From: Pseudomonadota bacterium
GTDB lineage: Bacteria > Pseudomonadota > Alphaproteobacteria > Caulobacterales > Maricaulaceae
Length of the DNA: 64,000 bases
Assembly (NCBI GenBank): GCA_036231565.1
Contig: JAZAHA010000056.1
Location: forward strand, 26,792 to 90,791
Direction: 5' to 3'
Below the pieces are notes generated by a model that worked only from the letters and a program-made list of their open reading frames with translations, had not been told where the DNA came from and ran no database searches. Shown in pieces: positions 37,648 to 45,644 of the stretch (position 1 is its first letter; every line of letters starts with the position of its first letter). Position numbers and translations under genes: made by a program.

Positions 37648-37764
37648 AGCGTGATCAGGTGAAGTGGGTACCGGTTCACCGGTTCGATCACGCGACCACT
37701 CAAGTCGAGCGTGATCAGGTGAAGCGGGTAGCGGTTCACCGGTTCGATCACGCGACCATTCAGG
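37645..37764. repeat. Two tandem 60-bp palindromic intergenic repeat units
   Basis: 37645-37704 and 37705-37764 differ at 5 of 60 positions; each unit contains GCGTGATC...GATCACGC and GGTGAA...TTCACC inverted repeats. Confidence 0.9.
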
Positions 37765-37831
37765 ATTCCGGAACAGGGGCATTCCGCAGGAAACCACCCT
37801 GCTCCGGACCGGCACCCGCACTGTGACGGCA

Positions 37832-38593
37832 TTATTTCGTGATCGAAACGCCGCCGTCGGCGAGATGGGCGGTGCCGGTCACAAAGCTCGACAGATCGCT
37901 GGCCAGGTATAGCGCTGCGCCAGCGATCTCGTCGGGATCGGCGATCCGTCCGAGCGCGTGAATACCCTCGACATAGGTCCGGATTTCATCGGTCGTGGCG
38001 AACTGGGCCGCCATCGCAGTGTCGGTGCCGCCCGGCAGCAATGCGTTGACGCGCACGCCGCGCGGTCCGGCCTCAGCGGCCAGCGCCTGTACCAGTCCGA
38101 TCAGACCGGCCTTGCCGGCAGAATAGACGCTCATGCCCGGCATGCCGGCCGTATGGCCGACAAAGGAGCCGGTGAAGATCAGCGAACCGCCACCGCGGGC
38201 ATAGAGCGCCGGCAGCTGGAAACGGGCGGCATGGAAAGCACTTGTCAGATTGGCGTCCAGGGTGGCGTGCCAGTTCTGCGCGGTCTGCTGTTCGATCGGT
38301 GCGAGATCGCCCAGCCCGCCGGCATTGTTGAAAGCAATATCCAGCCCGCCGAAATGCTGCGTGGCCGTCTCGACCAGGTGTTCGGCGAGCGCCGGATCCG
38401 CGGCATCGCCGGCGATTGCCAGAACCTCGCCGCCGGCCGCGCGGATTTCGCCGGCGACGCGGTCCAGCGCCTCAGGCCCGCGGGCATTGATCACCAGGCG
38501 GGCACCCTCACGGGCAAAGCGCAGGGCGGCCGACCGGCCGATCCCTGCGCTGGCACCTGTGATGATGGCGGTCTTGTTCGTCAGAAGTGACAT
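37832..38593 (-). CDS. Short-chain dehydrogenase/reductase
   Basis: TGASAGIG, NNAG, YSAGK (YxxxK), VRVNALLPG. Confidence 0.92.
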   Translation of the reverse strand: MSLLTNKTAIITGASAGIGRSAALRFAREGARLVINARGPEALDRVAGEIRAAGGEVLAIAGDAADPALAEHLVETATQHFGGLDIAFNNAGGLGDLAPIEQQTAQNWHATLDANLTSAFHAARFQLPALYARGGGSLIFTGSFVGHTAGMPGMSVYSAGKAGLIGLVQALAAEAGPRGVRVNALLPGGTDTAMAAQFATTDEIRTYVEGIHALGRIADPDEIAGAALYLASDLSSFVTGTAHLADGGVSITK

Positions 38594-38631
38594 GATGCGT
38601 CCTCGTCAGTTGGAAACGAGGCGCACCCTGA

Positions 38632-40209
38632 TCACGCCGGGACGTGGGCTCCACCCGATCCTTGCGGCGCATTGCCGGTGCGGCGCTTGCGCGGGCGCCG
38701 CGGCTTGCCGCCGGCCTCGCCGCGCGCCTGCTGGCGGTCACCGGAACGCTCCTGCGACCGGCCCGGCTTGCGCTCGCCGCGTGCGGCCTGGTCGGGACGC
38801 TCGCCGCGCGGGGCGCGATCGCCGCGGAACGGTTTGCCCTCGGCCTTCTGGCCGTCGGCCTGATGGCGCTCACCGCGTTGCCCCTCACCGCGTTGACCCT
38901 GGGACTTGGGACCCTGCGATTTGGGACCGCGCGGTTTTTGACCACGGGACTTGTGATCCTGGGCATTCTGGCCCTGGGCCCGCTGACCCTGGCCCTGATT
39001 ATTGCGGCTGCGCGAGCGCTTCTTCTTCACCGGCTTGGTGTTGCGGGCTTCAGCGAAGAAATCGGCTTCCTCGCCGACAATCGCCCGCTCGATCTCGACA
39101 CCGGTGAGCTTTTCGATATCGCACAGATATTCATACTCGGACGGATCGCACAGCGAGACGGCGACACCGGTCTTGCCCGCACGGGCCGTACGGCCGATCC
39201 GGTGAACATAGCTTTCCGGAATATTCGGCAGCTCGTAGTTCACGACGTGGGAGACGTCGTCGACATCGATACCGCGCGCGGCAATGTCGGTGGCGACGAG
39301 GATTTTCACATGGCCGGACTTGAAGCCGTCCAGCGCCTTCACGCGCTGGCCCTGGGTCTTGTCGCCGTGGATGGCGGCCGATTTGAGACCGTACTGGACG
39401 AGGCTCTTGTTGACCCGGTCGGCACCGCGCTTGGTGCGGGTGAAGACGATCGAGCGCTCCACGGAGCGGTCCGACAGCAATTCCAGCAGCAGGTCGCGCT
39501 TGGAATCGCGCGGCGTCAGCACCACCGACTGCTCGATACGCTCGATCGGGCGCGAGGCCGGAGCGACCGAGATCTGCTTGGGATCGGTCAGGAGATCATG
39601 CGCCAGCGCCTTGATCGGCTTGGGCATCGTCGCCGAGAGCAGCGCCGTCTGGCGGTCTTCGGGCAGGCGGGACACGATATCGCGGATCGCCGGAATGAAG
39701 CCGAGATCCAGCATCTGGTCAGCCTCGTCCAGCACCAGGGTGCGCACCTGCGACAGGCTCACCGCGCCGGAGCGCACGAGGTCGAGCAGACGGCCCGGCG
39801 TGGCCACGACCACGTCGACGCCGCGCGCCAGCATCTTCACCTGCGGACCGATTTTCAGCCCGCCCACGACCAGCGCCGAGGAGACGCGCATGTGCTGGGC
39901 ATAGCCGCGCAGGTTTTCGAGAATCTGTGCCGAGAGTTCGCGCGTCGGCGACAGGATCAGCGCCCGGCAGGTCTTCGGCGCCGGACGCTTGTTGTCGGCG
40001 CTGATGGAATGGAGGATGGGCAGCACGAAGGCCGCCGTCTTGCCGGTGCCCGTCTGGGCAATACCGAGCACGTCGCGCCCTTCGATAAGGGCGGGAATCG
40101 CTTCGCGCTGGATCGGGGTCGGCTCGTTATAGCCGGCATCTTCAAGCGCGCGGAGAATGGGCTCGGCCAGGCCGAGTTCATTGAACTGGGTCAAAAATAT
40201 ATCTTTCAT
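38632..40209 (-). CDS. DEAD-box RNA helicase (RhlE-like) with low-complexity C-terminal tail
   Basis: From MKDIFLTQF; Q motif PTPIQ, AQTGTGKT, PTRELS, DEAD, SAT, HRIGRTARAG. Confidence 0.94.
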   Translation of the reverse strand: MKDIFLTQFNELGLAEPILRALEDAGYNEPTPIQREAIPALIEGRDVLGIAQTGTGKTAAFVLPILHSISADNKRPAPKTCRALILSPTRELSAQILENLRGYAQHMRVSSALVVGGLKIGPQVKMLARGVDVVVATPGRLLDLVRSGAVSLSQVRTLVLDEADQMLDLGFIPAIRDIVSRLPEDRQTALLSATMPKPIKALAHDLLTDPKQISVAPASRPIERIEQSVVLTPRDSKRDLLLELLSDRSVERSIVFTRTKRGADRVNKSLVQYGLKSAAIHGDKTQGQRVKALDGFKSGHVKILVATDIAARGIDVDDVSHVVNYELPNIPESYVHRIGRTARAGKTGVAVSLCDPSEYEYLCDIEKLTGVEIERAIVGEEADFFAEARNTKPVKKKRSRSRNNQGQGQRAQGQNAQDHKSRGQKPRGPKSQGPKSQGQRGEGQRGERHQADGQKAEGKPFRGDRAPRGERPDQAARGERKPGRSQERSGDRQQARGEAGGKPRRPRKRRTGNAPQGSGGAHVPA

Positions 40210-40463
40210 GGGTCCGGAGCGCCGCCAGGGGCCGCGCGCACGAACGAACGGGTTTTCAGTGTGGAAGCCTGCGTAGATCAGCCGCCGTCTAGTCGGCGCC
40301 GGCCTGGCGCCAGGGTGGCAATGATCAATACGCGCCCGGCCCGGAACCGGGCCTTTCAAAGGGCGGAAAGTCTCGCCAACGTCTGCAATGCAGCCTCAAG
40401 GGACTGACTACTCACCGCAGAACGTGGCCGCTCTTTTTCATGCTTCGGGCTGTTTGGCAAACG

Positions 40464-40496
40464 AAAACGGCCGCTCCTGGCAGGAGCGGCCGTTTT
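40464..40496. terminator. Intrinsic terminator beyond the duplicated tRNA 3' end
   Basis: AAAACGGCCGCTCCT-GGC-AGGAGCGGCCGTTTT, a 15-bp stem with T-tracts on both strands. Confidence 0.85.
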
Positions 40497-40531
40497 TCGA
40501 TCCGTGCACCACACCCTCCAACAGAGGGAAA

Positions 40532-40577
40532 TGGCGCGAGTGACGGGACTCGAACCCGCGACCTCCGGCGTGACAGG
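40532..40577 (-). repeat. att-type duplicate of the tRNA-Asp 3' portion (tRNA nt 32-77)
   Basis: 46 bp identical to 42278-42323 (49 bp with the flanking AAA); identity stops within the anticodon arm. Confidence 0.95.
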
Positions 40578-40703
40578 TTCGAAAAATATCTAATTAAATC
40601 AGTAGCATTTTCAACTTCGGGCCGTGCCGTGTGAGCGCGTTCTAGCTAGTTCAGAAGTAGAAAGTAGAAACGAAGGTGGCTCAGGAAACCGTATTTTTGA
40701 AGG

Positions 40704-40731
40704 GAAGAGAGCCCCTACTGGGACTCTCTTC
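40704..40731. terminator. Hairpin downstream of the islet cargo gene
   Basis: GAAGAGAG...CTCTCTTC 8-bp stem with inner CCC/GGG, 14 bp past the stop; weak U-tract. Confidence 0.45.
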
Positions 40732-40744
40732 GTATTCAAAGCAT

Positions 40745-41932
40745 CTACAATCCGGCACGACGCTCAAGATCGCGCTTCGCGACGATATTGTGCAAGTTCG
40801 CCCAATGAGGTCGGCTCTTTCCGACCGATTGGGGATTCCTCCCCAAGCTATCGCTCATCTCTTTGGTGGCGCGAAGGAGATGGTATCCGTCTTCTCGCCA
40901 GAACTTCAGAACGTTATTGAAGGACCCGCGCCACCGATATTCACCGGTCATTGGATCAGCTTCCACATACCAACGGAGCGACGCCAAAATAGCGTACAGT
41001 GGACCACTCACCATCCGATACTCCGAGTTCTTCTGGATGAACGGAAAGCTCCACACACCCTTTTGCCGTTTTTCGGTGAAACTGAGCGCGCCTGCAGCCC
41101 CCCTCTGTCCGGCGGACGCTGCCGTACCGTTCCACAGCTCGTAGTACTCGTACCTGATGGTGTCGTAGAGCTGCAGAATATCCTTCAGGAGCGGACGCGC
41201 ATTCTCGAAGGTCTTCGCCCTGTTTTCGAACTCCGTGAGCACCTTGGACTTCTTCTCGTACGCATGAACGGGATGCTCAGGCCCGTCATTCGGGTACAGA
41301 CCGATATTGAAACACGCCAACATGCTCAGAATGTCGCGAGCGTCGAAACTGCCATAGTCGTTCTCCGACCAGGCGATTTCATCGAAGTAGGGCTCGGCTT
41401 TGAGATCGGCTTTGATCCAGTCGAAAAGACCACCCAGATTATCGAGGCTCATGTCCTGAACCTGAACGGACGTGTTCAGTCCGCCCGCGATATCAGTGAT
41501 CAGATCATCCGGCACTCCAACCCGAACCTCGATTGTGACGAACTGGTTCGCAGGCAGGATACCAAGTTTCAAATTTCGGCAAATGAGGTCGTAGGTGTGC
41601 CCACCATCGACGATCCCGTCTCGCCCAGACAGCATCTCGACCTGGTATCGATCGTTGGCCATTTGCTTGACCGACTTGGCAACAATCGTGATGCCCTTGT
41701 TTTTCAGATGGAAAGTATTCGGATAGTCGACATCCTCGTTCAGAAGGCTTTGTTCAACTTTCCGATAAACTCGCTTGTTGGTTTTTGGCCTGCGCGCATT
41801 CGGGTCAAGCGAAATACCCAAAGGCATTCCAGAAACTGGCGCCAAAAAAATATGCCGCTCCAAGCCTTCAATGACTGGATCGGCAATCCGCCGCGCCACA
41901 CGCACGGGAAATTCGACGGTAACAACCGACAT
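40745..41932 (-). CDS. AIPR-family-like protein (short form, about 395 aa)
   Basis: PNARR, FHLKNKGITIV, GIVDGGHTY and LNTSVQV match the AIPR core pattern (N.R / NNGIT / I.DGG.T / N.Q..V). Start MSVVTVEF at 41932 has GGAG upstream; the ORF-track TTG at 42040 is an alternative. Confidence 0.75.
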   Translation of the reverse strand: MSVVTVEFPVRVARRIADPVIEGLERHIFLAPVSGMPLGISLDPNARRPKTNKRVYRKVEQSLLNEDVDYPNTFHLKNKGITIVAKSVKQMANDRYQVEMLSGRDGIVDGGHTYDLICRNLKLGILPANQFVTIEVRVGVPDDLITDIAGGLNTSVQVQDMSLDNLGGLFDWIKADLKAEPYFDEIAWSENDYGSFDARDILSMLACFNIGLYPNDGPEHPVHAYEKKSKVLTEFENRAKTFENARPLLKDILQLYDTIRYEYYELWNGTAASAGQRGAAGALSFTEKRQKGVWSFPFIQKNSEYRMVSGPLYAILASLRWYVEADPMTGEYRWRGSFNNVLKFWREDGYHLLRATKEMSDSLGRNPQSVGKSRPHWANLHNIVAKRDLERRAGL

Positions 41933-42007
41933 ATTCTTCTCCGTAACTATCGCGATCTCGCGATGCTGATGAACGGTGTGCAGCGATCTCGCCGCCACCG
42001 ATTCGAT

Positions 42008-42036
42008 AATATACCGCGCACTGCGCTTCGGCACAA
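42008..42036 (-). promoter_or_regulatory. Putative sigma70 promoter of the islet cargo gene
   Basis: TTGTGC(42036-42031)-N17-TATATT(42013-42008); supports the 41932 start. Confidence 0.55.
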
Positions 42037-42277
42037 CCAAGACTTGATAAACCTCCGTCTTGCTATGCCGGAGGTCGCAAGACGTCGCCTCACGGCGAAC
42101 CGAGGCGGCGCTTTCAAAAAAAACTAGGCAGGAAAGGAAAAAAACCGGCAGAGGCTCTCAAACAAACCGCTGCGCGTTTCAACGCAAGTTGAACCTCGCT
42201 GGCTCAAAAAGTTGAAACCAGTGTCGAAATTAGTTGAAACTTTCGGGAACAGAAAATCGCTAAGCCATTGAAAAAAA

Positions 42278-42354
<77 letters not shown>

Positions 42355-42452
42355 TTGAGCGGCTCGCCGAAGCGAGGTGCGTTGTTTATGAGCAGACCGC
42401 GGTCCGGTCAAGCGGCCAATGCAAGCGATCTGCACATAATGCAGCACCTTGT

Positions 42453-43757
42453 TCAGCTGACCGCAAAATGACCTTCCGCCCAGGCGCGTGTCACCGCGAC
42501 AGTCGTGCGGATCAGATGCTCCAGATCTTCCTGAGAAATCACGTAAGGCGGCATGAGATAGACGATATTTCCAAACGGCCGCACCCAGACACCCGCCTCG
42601 ACAAAGGCCGATTTCAGCGCATCGAGCTCCGGCAGTCCGGGCATTTCTATGACGCCGATCGCGCCCTGCCAGCGCACATCCACGACACCGGGAATTTCGC
42701 GCGCCTGCGGCAGGAGCGCCGCATAGGCCGCTTCGATCGCAGCCACCTGTTCCAGCCGCGGCTCGCGCTCGAACAGGTCGAGCGAGGCATTCGCTGCCGC
42801 ACAGGCCGCCGGATTGCCCATATAGGTCGGCCCGTGCATCAGCGCGGCAGAGGCTTCGTCGCGCCAGAAGTGTTCGAACATGCCGCGCGAGGCGATCGCC
42901 GCCGCCAGGGGCAGTGTGCCGCCGGTCAGCGCCTTGGACACCGTCATCACATCCGGAACGATTCCCGCCTTCTCGCAGGCGAACATCGTACCCAGACGGC
43001 CAAAACCGGTCATGATCTCGTCAACGATCAGCGGCAGGCCGCGGACATCGCAGGCCGCGCGGATCGTGCGCAGGGTTTCTGGCGAAAAGAATCGCATCCC
43101 GCCCGCACCCTGCACCAGCGGCTCGGTCACCACGCCGGCGATCTCGTGCGCATGCGCGTCGAGCAGCGCTTCGAATCGCGCCGTGCTTTCAGGCTCCTGC
43201 GGCAGGTCGGCAACGATCTGCTGCGGCAGGGAGCCCGCAAACAGGCTGTGCATCCCCTCCTCCGGATCGCAGACCGACATGGTGGCGATGGTGTCGCCAT
43301 GATAGCCGCCGCGGAAGCACACAAAGCGTGTCCGGCCGTGAATGCCGCGATTGATCCAGGACTGCACCGCCATCTTCATCGCGATCTCGACCGAGACCGA
43401 GCCCGACTCGCAGAAGAAGACATGATCGAGATCGCCCGGCGCCAGTGCCGCCAGGCGCGCAGCAAGGCGCTCGGCCGGTTCATGGGTCAGCCCGCCCAGC
43501 ATGACATGGGACAAGCGCTCGACCTGATCGCAAATCGCGCCGACAATATGCGGGTGGCTGTAGCCGTGAACGGTGGTCCACCAGGAGGAGACACCGTCGA
43601 TCAGGCTGCGGCCATCGGCGAGTTTCAGCCGCACGCCCTCGGCCGACACGACCGGCAGGGCCGGCTGTGCGGTCTTCATCTGGGTATAGGGCCGCCAGAG
43701 ATGTCGCCCTTCGGGCTTGAACCCGCCGGGCAACGCAGTTTTCAATGTGTTGGACAT
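42453..43757 (-). CDS. bioA: Adenosylmethionine-8-amino-7-oxononanoate transaminase
   Basis: LWRPYTQM, SSWWTTVHG, SGSVSVEIAMK, YHGDT, DEIMTGFGR, VSKALTGG. Confidence 0.95.
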   Translation of the reverse strand: MSNTLKTALPGGFKPEGRHLWRPYTQMKTAQPALPVVSAEGVRLKLADGRSLIDGVSSWWTTVHGYSHPHIVGAICDQVERLSHVMLGGLTHEPAERLAARLAALAPGDLDHVFFCESGSVSVEIAMKMAVQSWINRGIHGRTRFVCFRGGYHGDTIATMSVCDPEEGMHSLFAGSLPQQIVADLPQEPESTARFEALLDAHAHEIAGVVTEPLVQGAGGMRFFSPETLRTIRAACDVRGLPLIVDEIMTGFGRLGTMFACEKAGIVPDVMTVSKALTGGTLPLAAAIASRGMFEHFWRDEASAALMHGPTYMGNPAACAAANASLDLFEREPRLEQVAAIEAAYAALLPQAREIPGVVDVRWQGAIGVIEMPGLPELDALKSAFVEAGVWVRPFGNIVYLMPPYVISQEDLEHLIRTTVAVTRAWAEGHFAVS

Positions 43758-43803
43758 GACGGGCGGGCTTTAGCAGGCCTCTCACCCGAACGACAGGCTT
43801 GAT

Positions 43804-44982
43804 ATGACTTCCGCAGCCGCCTCACTCGAGCGCTTTGCCGCCGACAAGCTTTCCGCGCTGGACCGCAAATCCCTCCGCCGGCGGACGGTCGAGACGCGCC
43901 ACCGCGACGCGGTCCATGTCGAGCGCGACGGGCGGTCGCTGATCAATGTCTGCTCGAACGATTATCTGGGCCTGGCCCATCACCCGCAGGTGGTCGAGGC
44001 CGCCCGCGCCGCGACCGCTGAATGGGGGGCCGGATCCGGGGCCTCGCGCCTGGTGACCGGCGGCCATCCACTCCTCTTCCAGCTGGAACGCCGCCTGGCA
44101 GCCTTCAAGGGCACCGAGGACTGCATCGTCTTCGGTTCGGGCTATCTGGCCAATCTGGCCATCACGCCGGCGCTGGCGGGACCGGACGACCTCGTCCTGA
44201 TCGACAGCCTCGCCCATGCCTGCCTGCACGCCGGTGCACGCCTGTCCCGGGCTCGCGTCAAGGTCTTCCGCCACAATGACATGGACCAGCTGCGCAGCCT
44301 GCTGACCGAACATCGCGGCGAAGCCCGCCACGCCATGATCCTCACCGATGGCGTGTTTTCCATGGACGGCGATTTCGCTCCCCTGCCGGAGATCCTGGCA
44401 CTCGGCGAGGCGTTCGACGCCTGGACCCTGGTCGACGATGCACACGGGATCGGCGTGGTCGGCGGCGGACGCGGTGCGGCCCATGCCTTCGCGCCGCCCG
44501 CCGCCGCACCGCTGCAGATGGGCACGCTGTCCAAGGCGCTGGGAAGCTATGGCGGCTATCTGTGCGCGTCGGAACGCGTGTGCGAACTCCTGCGCTCGCG
44601 CGCCCGGCCGCTGGTCTTCACCACCGCCCTGCCCCCGGCCAGCGCCGCTGCCGCGCTTGCCGCGCTCGATCTCATCGCGGCCGACCCGGGCCTGTGCGAA
44701 CGCCCGCTTGAACTGGCACAGCGCTTTGCAGGCAAGCTGGGCCTCTCCAGCCCCGTCTCGCCGGTCGTGCCCGTCATCCTGGGCAGCGAGACCGCCGCGC
44801 TCGCCGCCTCGGCCGCCCTGGAATCCGAAGGCTTTCTGGTGACCGCGATCCGTCCGCCCACCGTGCCGCCGGGAACGGCGCGCCTGCGCTTTACTTTCTC
44901 CGCCGCACACGAGACCGCCGATATCGACCGGCTCGCCGCCGCGCTGAAATCCATCCTGCAACAGACGGAGGCCGCCGAGTAA
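43804..44982 (+). CDS. bioF: 8-amino-7-oxononanoate synthase
   Basis: SNDYLGL, GSGASRL, DGVFSMDG, DDAHG, GTLSKALG, IRPPTVP. Confidence 0.93.
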   Translation: MTSAAASLERFAADKLSALDRKSLRRRTVETRHRDAVHVERDGRSLINVCSNDYLGLAHHPQVVEAARAATAEWGAGSGASRLVTGGHPLLFQLERRLAAFKGTEDCIVFGSGYLANLAITPALAGPDDLVLIDSLAHACLHAGARLSRARVKVFRHNDMDQLRSLLTEHRGEARHAMILTDGVFSMDGDFAPLPEILALGEAFDAWTLVDDAHGIGVVGGGRGAAHAFAPPAAAPLQMGTLSKALGSYGGYLCASERVCELLRSRARPLVFTTALPPASAAAALAALDLIAADPGLCERPLELAQRFAGKLGLSSPVSPVVPVILGSETAALAASAALESEGFLVTAIRPPTVPPGTARLRFTFSAAHETADIDRLAAALKSILQQTEAAE

Positions 44983-45641
44983 TGCGCCCCATTTTCGTGA
45001 CGGGGACCGGCACCGACGTCGGCAAGACCCACATCCTCTGCGCCATGCTGGAAGCCCATCGCCGGGCTGGCGGGAAGGCGCGCGTGCTCAAGCCGGTGAT
45101 CTCCGGCTTCGATCCGGCGCAACTCAACGCCACAGATACGATACGCCTGATGCGCGCCAACGGGGCCGAATTGACGGGCGAAGGAGTGCAGTCCGTATCA
45201 CCCTGGCGCTTCAGGGCCCCGCTCTCACCCGACATGGCCGCCCGGCAGGAAAACCGCGAACTCGCGATCGACGCCGTGCTGCACTGGTGCCTCGACCAGA
45301 TCGATCCCGGCATGCCGACAATCGTGGAAGGCGCCGGCGGCGTTATGTCTCCGCTGGCAATGGACGGGCTCAATCTCGACCTGATCCGCGATCTCGACGC
45401 CCGGCCGATCCTCGTCGCCGGCGCCTATCTCGGCGCAATCTCGCACACGCTGACAGCGCTGCGTGTCCTGGACGCCCGTTGCACCGTTATCGTCAATGAT
45501 TTCAATGCCGAACCCGTCCCGGCCCGCGAGGTTGCCCGGACCATCCAGCGCTTTGCACCGCGGGCCGATGTGCGTGTCTTCTCCGGCGATGCCAGCGGTC
45601 TCATCGACCTCTTCGCCCAGCCGGAACCCGCCGCGACCTGA
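44982..45641 (+). CDS. bioD: Dethiobiotin synthase
   Basis: FVTGTGTDVGKT, KPVISG, VEGAGG, YLGAISHT. Confidence 0.93.
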   Translation: MRPIFVTGTGTDVGKTHILCAMLEAHRRAGGKARVLKPVISGFDPAQLNATDTIRLMRANGAELTGEGVQSVSPWRFRAPLSPDMAARQENRELAIDAVLHWCLDQIDPGMPTIVEGAGGVMSPLAMDGLNLDLIRDLDARPILVAGAYLGAISHTLTALRVLDARCTVIVNDFNAEPVPAREVARTIQRFAPRADVRVFSGDASGLIDLFAQPEPAAT

Positions 45642-45644
45642 TCC

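Larger units (their letters stand above)
40578..42277. mobile_element. Minimal tRNA-Asp-integrated genomic islet (no integrase)
   Basis: Flanked by tRNA direct repeats, lower GC than the flanks, one cargo gene, repeated GTTGAAAC-like end motifs. Confidence 0.85.

Noticed and set aside
37645-37764. Possible CRISPR array
   Set aside because: Only two abutting units, no unique spacers, and no cas genes in the window.
40676-42127. 483-aa + strand ORF spanning the whole islet
   Set aside because: It is codon-in-register antisense to the AIPR-like gene (both codon boundaries are 2 mod 3). That frame stays open whenever TTA/CTA/TCA codons are avoided. It has no recognisable motifs.
42176-42240. 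GTTGAAAC repeats read as CRISPR repeat ends
   Set aside because: The motif is only 8 bp with 22-23-bp periodicity, far too short for repeat-spacer units; an arm-type site interpretation fits better.
42041-42277. Integrase remnant beside the tRNA
   Set aside because: Only about 240 bp, and I could not find tyrosine-recombinase motifs in any frame by eye.
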